Of a stretch of DNA of 64,000 nucleotides, positions 13,816-27,570 are shown piece after piece. Source of the stretch: Octopus sinensis (taxonomy: Eukaryota); NCBI RefSeq assembly GCF_006345805.1, contig NC_043007.1:70866001-70930000 (forward strand), written 5' to 3'. How positions within the stretch are numbered: the first letter of the stretch is position 1; each line of letters begins with the position of its first letter. The translations under genes and the position numbers were made by a program. The notes under the pieces are model-generated. The model was not told the DNA's origin. It worked only from the letters and a program-made list of their open reading frames with translations, and did no database searches.

Positions 13816-15828
13816 GTTATATACATATATATAAATGTATGTATGCATATATTTTGCACACTTGTAAATAATTACAAACATTTATAAACACATACTTACA
13901 TCTCTTTAGATGCAAGCATGCATATACACACACATATACATACACGCATATACATGCACAAGTTCCTGTATCCAAACTTTAGTATTTACACACAGATTTA
14001 TCAACATACATAGTAAACTCATGCACATATGAATAAAAACACATGCACACACTCACACGCATTCATATGTACACACATACACACAAGCAAACACACATAC
14101 ATACATACATATATGCATACACACACATACACACACATACATACATACACGCATACATACATACATACATACATACATACATACATACATACATACATAC
14201 ATACATACATACTCACTCCTATACTAATACCCTAACCAGAGCATCCTGTTTCTGCTAATCTCTTGTGGTGTGTTTCGTCCAACAGACTGATTATTGACAC
14301 AGATCTGTCACACTTCCTGATCTCTTTTTGGTGTAATCCCCGGCAATTGCAGTCGTAGCAGTGGTAGCAATGGCGTCATCATCATCATCATCATCATCGT
14401 TGTTGTTGTTGTCACCACCACCACCACCACCACCACCGCCATCAACATTGTCATAATTATCAACATCATCACCATAAACATGAACAACAATAGAAACTGC
14501 TATCTCTACAAGTTTTTGTTAAACGGTTCCAGTGAATCAGCTGCATTCGCTTCAAAGAGCTCCAACAGTAACAGCAGCAGCAGCAGTAGCAGCAGCAGTA
14601 GTAGCTGTAGTAGCAGTAGCAGCAGCGGCAACAACAACAACAACAACACCACGTGCTCTTGGTGTTTTTAGCAGCTTCTTTGATTATATCAAACATGTAA
14701 AGAACAGGCCCCCCCCCACTTTACCTCTTGTCTCCTGAAATTGGCGGTGGGGTGCAGAGATGGGGAAGTTAGTGATTAGATAAATAGGGGGAGATGGAGG
14801 TGGTGGAAAGATGGAGGTACAACAGGTGAGTAGGAAGGGGGGGGGAAAGAAAATTGGGGAGGATGAAAGAGGAAAGAACATGAAATTGGCGGGAGGGAGA
14901 AGAGATGGAGAGGAGGAGAAATGTAAATAGAAGGAAGAGAGAGAAGAGAGAGAGAGAGAAGAGTGAGAAAGAGGGTAAAGTGTGTGTGTGTGTGTTAAAG
15001 AGAGGGGAAAAGTTAAAAGAGGAGGAGGAGGAATAAGATGATGATGAGGAGGAAGAGGAAGCAAAAAGAGATAGAAAGAGAGATTCTGCTAAAAGAGGAG
15101 AAAATGAAGATGCAGAAGATATTATTTACTAATATTTTTTTAAATATTTTTTTTTTCTGTGTTTCTATCTCTGAATATTTTCACAAAACCTATCAGAATG
15201 GTAGTATTACTCTCCTGACAGATTTATATACAAATTACCACAAACAAAACAAAAATCACAAAAAAAAAAAGAAAGAAAATTTTTTTTTAAATTATAAAAA
15301 AGAGAAAAGAAGAAAACGAAAATAGCTCAAGAGGAGTATATTTATATTGTTTGTTTATCTCGTTTATTGATTTCTGCACATTTTAACGTGGTTTATTTTC
15401 TAATCTGTTTGACGAACAAAATGTGGCGTGTTCACATACATTTTGCATTGCTGACAAACACAATTGGTTGTTGCTCTGTCGAAGTATGTATTAGCAAATC
15501 ACTTGACTATCATTGGCTTCCGCTCTTAATCCCAACCATCACCACCACCACCACCACCATCACCACATCACTACCACCACCACCACCACCATTACCACAT
15601 CACTACTATCACCATCACCATCTTCATCACCATCACCTTCACCATCATCACCATCGTTGTTGCCACCATCACCACCACCACCACCACATCGTCACCGTCA
15701 CCATCACCATCATCATCACCATTGTCACTACCACCACCACCATTACTTCAACCATTACTATATCACCATTGCTATTAATCAGCCAAGCATTCATCAATTG
15801 ACAGTCCTGCTTTCTATACAAACCTCCC

Positions 15829-15869
<41 letters not shown>

Positions 15870-15905
15870 TAATACTAATGATAATAATAATACTACTAAT
15901 AATAA

Positions 15906-15947
<42 letters not shown>

Positions 15948-16330
15948 CAGCCTCCCAATAATAATAATAATAATAACGATAGTGGTGGTAGTGGTAATGG
16001 TAGTAGTGGTAGTGGTAGTAGTAGTAGCAGCAGCAGCAGCACCAGCTATAGCAGTAGCCTCCCAATAATAATAATAATATTCATCTTTTCTATTATAGGC
16101 ACAAGGCCTGAAATTTTCAGGGGGCCAGGGAATAGTTGATTACATTGATCCCAGTACTCAGCTGGTACTTAATTTATCGCCCCCACCTTCTCCCGAAAGT
16201 ATGAAAGGTAAAATCAACCTCGGTGGAATTTGAACTCAGTATGTCATGACGGGTGAAATACCGCTAAGCATTTCGTCCAGCATGCTAACAGTTCAGCCAG
16301 CTCGCCATCTTAATAGTAATGATGATGATG

Positions 16331-16372
<42 letters not shown>

Positions 16373-16402
16373 GTAGTAGTAGTAATAATAATAACAATAG
16401 TG

Positions 16403-16436
<34 letters not shown>

Positions 16437-16440
16437 TGAT
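13640..16440. repeat. Dense compound microsatellite field: (CA)n, (TACA)n, (CAT)n, (CAC)n, (AGC)n, (AAT)n, (TAG)n
   Basis: Read directly; similar runs near 22450-22570, 25870-26060, 36830-37330, 46840-47160, 59480-59720. Confidence 0.95.
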
Positions 16441-16718
16441 GATTTCATATTTTTGCTACAAGGGTAGCTTGTAGGAGGAGATTAAGTTGATTATATTGAC
16501 CCCAGTGTTTCACTGGTACTTCATTTATCGACCCTGAAAGGATGACAAGCAAAGTCGGTCGAATAATAATGATTTCTTTATTAACCACAAAGGGTTTACA
16601 TAAAAAAATTTTAAAAAGTATTATGGGCAACACAGGACAAATACAATGTGGGGTTAACATGGAAGTTGTGTAAACAGCGAAAAACAAGATCAATAATCAA
16701 ATATAACAACAAAATTCC

Positions 16719-16750
<32 letters not shown>

Positions 16751-19700
16751 GTAGTAGTGGTGGTGGTTGTGGTGGTGGTGATGATAGTAGTGATTATGAT
16801 GATGTTACTGTTGTTTGTCTTATTCCAATTATATTAACATGTATCAAACATACAGCTATGAAAGAAACACAGAATGCCCTACTAACACTGGGGTAGATCC
16901 ACTCAAAGTTTCTTTGTTAGGGTTGTCTTTTTTTTCCCTATCTTGAATTGTGCATTCATGGATTAAGTTGAGCTTTTCATTAATGTTCATTAATATTCAT
17001 TATAATGCTCTCTCTAAGGCAAGAAAGAAAATTTCATACATAACAGTGTGTGTGTGTGTGTTCGTGTGCATGCATGCATGTGTGTGTGTATGTATATATA
17101 CATATACATCCATATGGTGGTATATGCAAAGTCATGAATACATTTAAGTACTCCAAATATATCCAAACAGAAATTTATGTACCAATGAGATGTTTTAATA
17201 CATTACAGGGTGTATGATATTGTAAAGGAACAAGAATGGACAGCGCAAAAGCATTGCTACATGTGTTTCAGTAGTGTAGACATTTATTCAGCAATACGTT
17301 ATATTACATAATATAACACAATTCTACATTATTGTATAACACTGCCATATCATCAGGTGATTTTGAGTCTATTATTGGCAAAATCAAACCAACTATCAAG
17401 AAAACTATGCTTGCAGATAAATATATATTTAAAGCAAGATTCGTTTTAGAAAAAAGATGTATAATCTTCTGAAAACGAGGGAGGGGTTAGCTTCATTTAT
17501 ATCTTACTGATTCGATTCATTTGCAATGGAAGCAAAAGCAGTAGGAATTTCAGATTTAATGGACAAAACATTCATTAACCAAAATTTTATCAGGGAACAT
17601 TAACAACCATAAATGATTATTTCCTGTATTTTCTGAAGAGCAAAATGAGATAGTCACATGTGGATCATCTTTGTTTATAGAAATCATGGCTGATTAGTCT
17701 GAGATGAAGTTTATCAAGTTAATACATTTACCTCATTCTAGTCAGTCTAAGATCTGCAGTAAGAATTTGATTATGCATTACTAACAAGGCCTAAATAAGA
17801 CCGAAACACATTAAAAATATTGTCTCCCCTTCTTTTTTTAACCAAAATTTATAATTTAGATAATAATTTGTACTCGTCACTAATGATGTGATATTGATTA
17901 AATTAATATATCTTTGCTTATTATGTTTGTATACTAGTAAGCTAGTGTCTACTTTACTATTTAGTTTTGATGCAGTAGGTGTGACTGGGGATTTTTTCCT
18001 CAGTCATTTTCTCATTTGTATTAGTTGTTGATTCACTCCTGTTATACAGGATTCACTCCTTCAAATGAAGTCATTGCTCTTAAGATATCTTGAAAATCTG
18101 GTGTTGATTCCTGGTTGAAGTTGTGAAAGAGTGTGGAAAATATTGTTCCTAATTATCACAACAAGGATATGGGTGGTGCTTGTTGAGTTTGGAAAACACG
18201 ATTACAAGAGGTCAAATTGGAAAATTCATACATCCTACATTGCTGGCGTGAGGTTTGGTCAGAACAAAATGTAGCAACAGGAAATTAGGCAGACAGAAAG
18301 GTTTGGGTGTATTCCACAGATTATTTTGGTGATGACCTAATTGACAAATTTAATTAAAACTCAGCTCTTATGCACGTTTGTCCTGTTCTCATTTCTTGGG
18401 TGGGAACTGTTTGTAATTAGTATTAGGTCACCATCTGACCTGCTAAAATAACTGTCATACACTTCGTCAATGGGAAGTAAATTTTATTTTGAATTGAAGA
18501 CATTTTGCAGATGTTTCTTAGATTAACAGAGAACATTAGATGCTATGACTTGGAAATGTCTTTTGCAGATTTTCACTGGGAAGAAATGTTAGAAGATTTG
18601 AAAAATTTGATGTATCTTGGCTCAGTTTGGACTAAAATTAATAGTGCCTTACTAATTTCCTTATTGATTGGTAGGAAATTCAGTCATTGAAATGAGGAAA
18701 AAAAAAAAAAAAAGATTTAAAATAGTATCTAAAAAAAAAAAAACTAAGCCTATTCTATTGTATTTTGAATAAACTGAATATTGAAATAATATATTTTGTT
18801 GTTGAGGTGGAATTTTTTTGTAGAGATGAAAGGATCTGTAGGTTTGCGGTCAACTTGGGTTATCAGTTGATGAATTTTGAGTTGACATTCACCACAGTTT
18901 CATTGTATATTTGAGTTAGGCACTTAATTCTTCCAAACTCAGTCTACTTAGTGGTGGAAGATTATTTTTAAAGAATTATGAAGAATTTCAAATTTATCCA
19001 CCCAAGTAAATTGTAGACACAGAAATAAAATTATTTCTATTGTGAGACAGATGATCTGTAATGTTATAATATAAAAGTATTGTAATGCTAGGTTAAGAGT
19101 TCATATTCATCTGTATTCCTTGAATTTGGTCCTTGGGCAAGTTGCTTAACTTGCTTAAATTTTTGTATTTCAAGGATCATTACTGTTGTATAATTGCTAT
19201 TATTATTTTCTGCTGTTTTGCTCCAGGATGGTCCTCATTGAGCAGGTTTAGGATTAAAGACATTCTAGTTGGAATCATTCCATCTTTTATTTTTAATCAG
19301 TGTCCTATATACGGAGTATGATTTGAGGGATAATAGCATCTTCTACTTCTAGCAGACTACTTTTATATTTAGTTTATAATGGTGAAATAGCAGAAGTGAT
19401 TGTTAATTTGCACATGCTGGCAAGATTTTAGACAGGAAATATAATGGTGCTTTAGGAGTTCCAACTGATTGAGTCAATCGAATTATGACTATTTGGCTGA
19501 TGGAGTTACGGCTATTTGACCATGTTAATGGTTCATACCTATGACGCACATAACTGGGAATGTTACCTGTAATGGAATAACATCCTTGGTCATAGAGAGT
19601 TTATATTTATTTGTTTAATAAAAGCAAAAACAAAGTCATGCATTGATTCTTAAAATATGTTTGGGAAGCATTTATTGCAACTCACCACTTTCATTGTTAT

Positions 19701-20346
19701 GTCTGTGGTTTAGAAGATGGTTTATAATCTGTCACCAGACAACTTAGGCACAAATTAATATTACAGATACAAATAAACACTGTAAGGTTAATGAATATTT
19801 TATGTGATAACAGTTCAAATTCTATTTTGACTGCAAATTGATGAAAGATAGACTCTATCAGGTTAGCTTGCCCTAGATGTTACCTGCCTGGGAAGTCTTC
19901 AAAGAATTCTAATCATAAAATAGATTTCTAGACTCCTCATAATGTTGTTTACTAAACCACAGTCCTTCATTATAATTCCTCGCAGCAACTGAAATGCCAT
20001 GTCTTGTGACCAGAAGACACTGTCATCTGGACACCTCCATCTGACCTACCATTTGACCTTTGTGTTCAAATTATTCTGTCAAATTTGAGATTGCAATGAT
20101 GTGATTGTCTATTTTTAGAATGACATTGTAGGGTAGGTGTAAGTGGCCTGATCTTGACAATTTGAACATAAAGCAAATAGAATATTTGGGCCAGATATGG
20201 CCAGTTTAAATCTTAAAGGATTAAATTATTTTCCATGAGACGTTTGAAAAGTGAAATGAAACAACTTAGTCAGAGAAGGAATGACAATACCTGTAACATT
20301 CTTCAGGATTTCAGTATAGCTTTTGATGATGTTAGAGGTCAACAAG

Positions 20347-20660
20347 GAGGCGCAATGGTCCAGTGGTTAGGACAGCAGACTCATGATCGGAAGATCATGG
20401 TTTCGATTCCCAGACTGGACGTTGTGTGTGTTTATTGAGCGAAAACACCTAAAGCTCCACGAGGCTCTGGCAGTGGGGTGGGTGGCGACCCCTGTTGTGA
20501 TCTTTTGCCCCAATTTTCTCTCACTCTTTCTTCCTGTTTCTTGAGTAACAGTGCGATGGACTGGCGTCCCGTCCAGCTGGGAGGAACACATACGCCATAG
20601 AAACGGGGAAGCCGGGCCGATAAGCCTGGGTAGGCTTGAAAAGGGCGCATAAATAATAAA
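20347..20660 (+). mobile_element. tRNA-derived SINE, head C with tail Y
   Basis: Same head; tail tgagtaa...gatggactggcgtcccgtccag...aaagggcgcat. Related copy at 60480-60780; truncated head at 26064-26232. Confidence 0.8.
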
Positions 20661-20841
20661 ATAACAGAGGTCAACAGAATAAATAACAGTTATATATATA
20701 TCATAGGTGCAGGTGTGACTGTGTGGTAAGAAGCTTGCTTCCCAACCACATAGTTCCACGTTCAGTTCCACTGCATAGTACCTTGGGTGTCTTCTACTAT
20801 TGCTTCAGGCTGACCAAAACCTTGCGAGAGGATTTGGTATG

Positions 20842-20908
<67 letters not shown>

Positions 20909-20924
20909 CTATATATATACACAC

Positions 20925-20978
<54 letters not shown>

Positions 20979-22454
20979 CAGTGTGTGTCTTTATGTCTGT
21001 GTTCGCCCCCTGCATCACTGCTTGACAACCGGTGTTGGTGTGGTTACATCCCTGTAACTTAGTGGTTCGGTAAAGGAGACTGATAAAATAAGTCCTAGGG
21101 TCGATTTTTTGACTAAAACCCTTCAAGGCATGCTCCGGCATGGCTGCAGTCAAATGGCTGAAACAAGTAAAAGAATAAAAGAATACACTATGCACCATGT
21201 TTCTTTTCAAGTCTCTGTATAAAGTCAAACTTAGAAACCTGGACTTGTGTTTCAGAGTTCCAACATAGCTTTTGATGACACTAAAAGTCAATAGAATAAA
21301 TACCAGTCATAAACTGTGTACTATGATTAATTTCTGTACTGTCAAACTTAGAAATCTGGGCTTGTATTTTGCTAAAAATGGCTGTGTGGCAAGTAGCTCG
21401 CTCACCAACCACATGGTTCCGGGTTCAGTCCCACTGCGTGGCACCTTGGGCAAGTGTCTTCTACTATAGCCTCGGGCCGACCAAAGCCTTGTGAGTGGAT
21501 TTGGTAGACGGAAACTGAAAGAAGCCCGTCGTATATATGTATATATATGTATGTGTGCGTGTATGTTTGTGTGTCTGTGTTTGTCCCCCTAGCATTGCTT
21601 GACAACCGATGCTGGTGTGTTTATGTCCCCGTCACTTAGCGGTTCGGCAAAAGAGACCGATAGAATAAGTACTGGGCTTACAAAGAATAAGTCCCGGGAT
21701 CGAGTTGCTCGACTAAAGGCGGTGCTCCAGCATGGCTGCAGTCAAATGACTGAAACAAGTAAAAGAGTAAAGAGTAAAGAGTATTTACTTTCCATTCGGT
21801 TGTTGTTGTGATACAGTCACATTAGTCTGTTGCTCCCTCTCATCCATTCCTCTCCATCCCTGATATTCTCATTTTGAGTCAGTTGTTGAAGAGTTCTGTG
21901 AAAGAGAAAGGCAATTTAGATTTCTATCCTGTAGCTAGTTCCTTCACACTTGCTTGTTCATTGGTTACACACTGATGACTCATAAGTTCTTCCCATTTAT
22001 TGTACATCACGGCAGCACTTTACGTCTCTCGGTTCTTCCATAATAAATATATTTCCATGTTCGGCTTTTACATGTGATGATGTTGTTGTTATGCAGCAAT
22101 ATCTCTTTCATTCATTCTTTTTAATCTTTTTTGTTTTTGTTTTGATTTTTGGTTCTGGAACTTTCTATGGTTGGTGTCAAGTGAGGTTAATACTAGAGAA
22201 GCAGCACGATAGATTAAACAAAACAACAAAAAAATATAAACAAAATATAAAATATAAACAAAAATAAAGCTATCATTTTTGTTTTATTTTATCAAATATT
22301 GTTTGATTGGTTTGATAGGAAATGTTTTTAGATTCTTGGAAATTTTGGCATCAGATGCCTGGAAATATTCTCGACATAATGCTTGGTTGTATCACTTCTG
22401 TCACAGCTATTGTCCTGGTGGCTGCTACTTCTGCTACTGCAACTGTTGCTGCTG

Positions 22455-22562
<108 letters not shown>

Positions 22563-22587
22563 TTACTACGAAGGGTTATATAAAAAT

Positions 22588-22710
22588 TCTCAATCCAGGG
22601 ATACAGGCATCCAGCAACAGGACCTCCGTAATGCTATGATGGACCGTGAAGTCTGGCGTAGCATGGTAAATTCCATTGTCTCGACTACGGTCGAACAATG
22701 ATGATGATCA
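22588..22710 (+). mobile_element. RTE LINE extreme 3' end
   Basis: RDTGIQQQDLRNAMMDREVWRSMVNSIVSTTVEQ*, then (GAT)n. Confidence 0.65.
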
Positions 22711-23169
22711 CTACTACTACTTATAACAATAATGATTTCAGATTTTGGCACAAGTCTAACAATTTTGGTGGAGGGGGTAAGTTGATTACTTTAATTCCAG
22801 TGCTCAACTGGTACCTATTTTATCAACCCTGAAAGGATGAAAGGCAAAGTCAAGTATGGCAGAATTTTAACTCTGAACGTAAGGACAGATGAAATGTTGC
22901 TAAGCAGCTTGCCTTGTACACTAACGATTTTGCCAGCTCGCCACCTTAATAATAATAATAATAATCCTTTCTACTATAGGCACAAGGCCTGAGATTTTAG
23001 GGGTGGGGTAAGTCAATTACATCGGTCTTAGTACTCAACTGGTACTTAACCTTATTTACATTAATTACATTATGTATGCCCCGTTATTAGACTATTTTCC
23101 TTAGTCATTAACTATCTGAACTGTTGCCATAGTAACGAAGCTAAAGCATGTGGAGTGAAGCACAGATTA

Positions 23170-23895
23170 ACTTTGAGCTCTGCTGTGCATGCGCACTGAG
23201 TTTTAGCATTCTCACTCATTCCTGCTGTTTACAGCAGTGCTTGAAAGGAACATGTGTAGCATGTGATCATTGCATTGACTATGACAGAGAAAGTTGAGCA
23301 GAGAATCTGCATAAAATTTTGCCAAGATCTTGGCGATACCTCATCAGAAGCCTATTCAAAGTTTTCAAAAAGTTTTTATTGTTCTTGACACAATCAAGGA
23401 AATCATATACAACTGAAACCCGAATGCCATTTTGGTTAGCTGAAAGCAGTTTTGGCACAAACTTGGCAGGCACACATCTCCTACACAAATCTTCAGTGAT
23501 AATGGACTGAACTGAACCATAACTAATCTGTACATCCTCTGATAACTCATGGATGTTGATTCAACAATTTCCCCTCACAGCTGCATGCACATCTGTGATG
23601 ATTGTCTCAGTTTTTGGTTGTGGGTCTCCCAGATTGTTCATCAATAATGACATTTTTTTGGCCATCTTGAAAATGTTTGAACAATTCATGCATTCGTGTG
23701 CAGCTCGAACACTCCTCTCGATACACTTTCTGCAACTTTGCATAGGCCTCAAGCAGGTATCACCATGACAACTTTCTCTATCATGGTCAATGTGATGATC
23801 ACATGCTACACACCTTCCTTTGAAGCACCACTGCAAACCGTGGGAGTGAGCTAGAATGTTAAAACTTAGTGCACATGCACAGCAGAGTTCAAGAT
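23170..23895 (-). mobile_element. Decayed, internally deleted mariner element
   Basis: ~50-bp imperfect TIRs (gagctctgctgtgcatgcgcactgagttttagcattct / agaatgttaaaacttagtgcacatgcacagcagagttc). Transposase N-terminal remnant ISYGSVQSIITEDL..R.VPAKFVPKLLS. Confidence 0.85.
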
Positions 23896-24005
23896 TTTGA
23901 TTTTTCCAGTTTCAGCTCATGAGCTGTGGCCATGCTGGGGCACCGCCATTTATATATATATATAAATATATATATATACATATATATACATATATATATA
24001 TATAT

Positions 24006-24377
24006 CAATAATAACAAAGGGTAAAATTAATTAATTAAGAAGTAATCAATAAATTTCACCAAGTAGAATTCGGTATGTTACACGGTAAATTTTAGTAATA
24101 CTTATAAAAAGGGTTCAGCAAAGAATTGCCTCACCACACACCGAAGTTCAGAAATAGCAGCCAAAAATCACACAGGCAGAGAGTAAAGTAACGAAAATCA
24201 AATATTGATTGATTTTCGCTACTTTACTCTCTGCCTGTGTGATTAACCTTCAAGTATTTTGGTTTCTCTGGAAGACCCTTTTTAAAGTAGAAGAAATGGC
24301 TAAGATTTTTGGCTGCTATTTCTGAACTTCGGTGTGTGGTGAGGCAATTCTTTGCTGAACCCTTTTTATTAGTATTA
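24006..24377. repeat. Diverged fold-back element of the same family
   Basis: Outer arms 24096-24169 / 24304-24377, inner arms 24166-24201 / 24209-24244, 59-nt one-sided bulge, (TA)n flanks. Confidence 0.9.
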
Positions 24378-24647
24378 AATATATATATATATATATATAC
24401 ATCATACATACATACATACATACATACCACACACACACACATACAAAATTACATTGCATCAAGGACCTATAATCTTTAAGAGATGCTAGCATCCTAGTTC
24501 TCTGGTTTATATTGGTGTTTAGTGAGAACTAAATATATTTTTGCATTCATATATTTTATGAATGAGAAAAAGGAGAAAATTGATTGGAATTTCATTATAT
24601 GGTTTTGATGACCTTTAAATAAACTGCATGTCATTTTCTTCTTTTCA

Positions 24648-24679
<32 letters not shown>

Positions 24680-24894
24680 ATAGCAATGATAATGATGATT
24701 TCAAATTTTGGCACAAGGCCAGCATTTTCGGGGGAGGGGGTAGGTCAATTACATTAAGCCCAATATTCAACTGGTACATATTTTATCAACCCCAAAAGGA
24801 TGTAAGATAAAGTTGACCTTGGCATAATTTGAACTGAGATTGTAAAAGCAGACGAAATGCCGCTAAGCACTTTGCCTGATGCCCGCTCATTGCC

Positions 24895-24929
<35 letters not shown>

Positions 24930-24931
<2 letters not shown>

Positions 24932-25477
24932 CCCTGATGCAGTACCAGACAGTGGCCCTCATGGCTTCTGATCTTAACTGATAGGAAGTGTTATCATGTA
25001 CGTTGTTTTGTCTCAGTATGGGCTACAGCAAATATTCTACTCAATACCACAGATTTGCTTGTCAGTTGTTTGACCGTAACCAGTTGAGCATGTCCCTTAG
25101 TGGCTTACGATATGTGCACCTCTGATCATGAGCAGAAGAAGTTGGGGAGCATCATAGCCATGTGTTGAGAGGGATTCTTTGGGGTTTGAATAATTCACCT
25201 CTGGAAACATGGGTGTTTCATTCAACATCCTTAAACAACCTTTATTCAGGGACCGTTTGAGCGGATTGGGTTACTCGATCAGAAGAAAATTCTATGTGGG
25301 CCCCACCTGCAAGGTCATGTGCAGTTTATCTTCATATGAGATCACCATGTCGCGCACATATAGTTGTGATGCATGTGCCTGGTGTACCCTTATCAGACGT
25401 GTAGTCATGATGGTTATACTGGGCTTCGTATATTTTACCCCAGTGTCACTTTGATGGCATGCACTGCTCTCTCACTC
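24930..25477 (+). mobile_element. ~545-bp non-coding interspersed element with (AAT)n tail, copy 1
   Basis: Homologous end to end to the reverse complement of 29199-29965; embedded in (AAT)n. Confidence 0.8.
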
Positions 25478-25867
25478 AATAATAATAATAATAATAATGA
25501 GGATGGAAGCTGACAATCTTTAATGGTATATCACAACATATGTTTCTGCACCCCACACAAGCATCAAGTTGCAATTTTCTTATTCATATAACATTATTTA
25601 AGATTACTCTTAATAATTATGTATTTGAATATGAAAATTACAACTTAATGCTGGTGTGGGGAGCTGAGATATATGTTGTGGTATACCATTGAAGACTGTC
25701 AACTTCCATCCTCATGTTGTTGCTATTTTTATTTTATTAATCCTAAGTAGACAGGAGTTCTGCATGCAAACCCATGCCCTGAGTTACCCCCGGAAATAAG
25801 TAACTTATGGAAGCCGACCATACGCATAGGAGCTTTTAAAAACACATGTATCTTTTTGCCCAAAATA

Positions 25868-25922
<55 letters not shown>

Positions 25923-25949
25923 TAAATATATACATATATAAATATATAC

Positions 25950-25994
<45 letters not shown>

Positions 25995-26004
25995 TATATA
26001 TATA

Positions 26005-26066
<62 letters not shown>

Positions 26067-26280
26067 AGGCGCAATGGCCTAGTGGTTAGGGCAGCGGACT
26101 TGCGGTCGGAGGATCGCGGTTTCGATTCCCAGACCGGGCGTTGTGTGTGTTTATTGAGCGAAAAAAACACCTAAAAGCTCCACGAGGCTCCGGCAGGAGG
26201 TGGTGATCCCTGCTGTACTCTTTCACCACTCTAAAGGTGGTGCTCCAGCATGGCCGCAGTCAAATGACTGAAACAAGTAC

Positions 26281-26311
<31 letters not shown>

Positions 26312-26312
26312 T

Positions 26313-26698
26313 CCGTAATAATGAAGGGTGAAATTAATTAATTTGGAATAATTATCAATTACACCAAGTAGTCTTCGGCATGTAAAAGCCTCATTCGAGG
26401 AAAATTTAAGTAATACTAAGCAATAAAGGGTTTAGCAACGAATTGCCTTACCACATACCGAATTTAGAAATAGCAGTCAAAGAGTTATAGCTATTTCTTC
26501 TACTAAAAAGGGAGATCTCAGTAAAAACAGCAATTGGAAGGCAGACACAAACAGGTTTGTGTCTGCCTTCCAATTGCTGTTTTTACTGAGATCTCCCTTT
26601 TTAGTAGAAGAAATAGCTATAACTCTTTGACTGCTATTTCTAAATTCGGTATGTGGTAAGGCAATTCGTTGCTAAACCCTTTATTGCTTAGTATTACT
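26313..26698. repeat. Fold-back element: perfect 144-bp arms (26409-26552 / 26555-26698) with a 2-nt loop
   Basis: Arms checked base by base; ~95-bp unpaired left extension; (TA)n on both sides. Confidence 0.95.
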
Positions 26699-26844
26699 AT
26701 ATATATATATATATATATATATATCATCATCATCATCATCATCGTTTAACGTCCACTTTCCACGCTAGCATGGGTTGGACGATTTTGACTGAGGGCTGGC
26801 AAACCAGATGGCTGCACCAGGCTCATATATGTATATATGTATAT

Positions 26845-26894
<50 letters not shown>

Positions 26895-27236
26895 GAAACA
26901 CACACTCACACACATACACACATAATTAGTAGTCCAATTACTCAAGACATACGCTTTAACACACCATGTGGGCAAACACATGCACTGACCCTCTCTCTCC
27001 TTGCTCTGTCTCTTTTCATCCTCCTGCTCTCTCTCCTCTTCCCTTCTCTCTCTCCTCTTCCCCCCCCTCTCTCTCTCTTACACACACCATGCACAAAAAA
27101 TAAGAATTCTTTAAGCGAAACGGCATCATCTACTGTGACTGTTATTTGATATTTCCTTCAGTGGTTTTATTCTCTTATCTTTCGATTAATTTATTTATGG
27201 CTCTGTCTCTACTTCCTCAAACACTCCCACAGACAT

Positions 27237-27283
<47 letters not shown>

Positions 27284-27289
27284 TGCATG

Positions 27290-27570
27290 CGTGCACTGGT
27301 GTTAGTGCCACATAAAAGAGCACTGGTGCTATTGTCATGTTAAAAGCACAGGTGTTGGTGCTACATGAAAAGCAACTGGTGCTGGTGCCACATGAAAAAG
27401 TACTGGTGTTGGTGCCACATAAGAGAGAACTGGTGCTGGTGTCATGTTAAAAGCACTGGTGCTACTGCCACATAAAAGAGCACTGGTGCTGGTGCTACAT
27501 GAAAAAGCGCTGGTGCTGGTGCCACATGAAAAAAGTACTTGTGCTGGTTCCACATGAAAAAGCACTCATT
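27290..27570 (+). repeat. ~27-bp minisatellite, about 10 units, in an RTE-type 3' region
   Basis: Unit aaaagcactggtgctggtgccacatga, followed by gcactcattacactctgtaaattggttggcattaggaagg. Confidence 0.8.

Noticed and set aside
13248-13871. 207-aa ORF; the opposite strand shows a coiled-coil-like KARRQLDEAEG
   Set aside because: No coherent homology, stops in the minus-strand frames, and the last third is microsatellite.
26350-26400. Functional hammerhead in the fold-back extension
   Set aside because: Three or more core positions deviate from consensus, so it is mentioned only as a resemblance.
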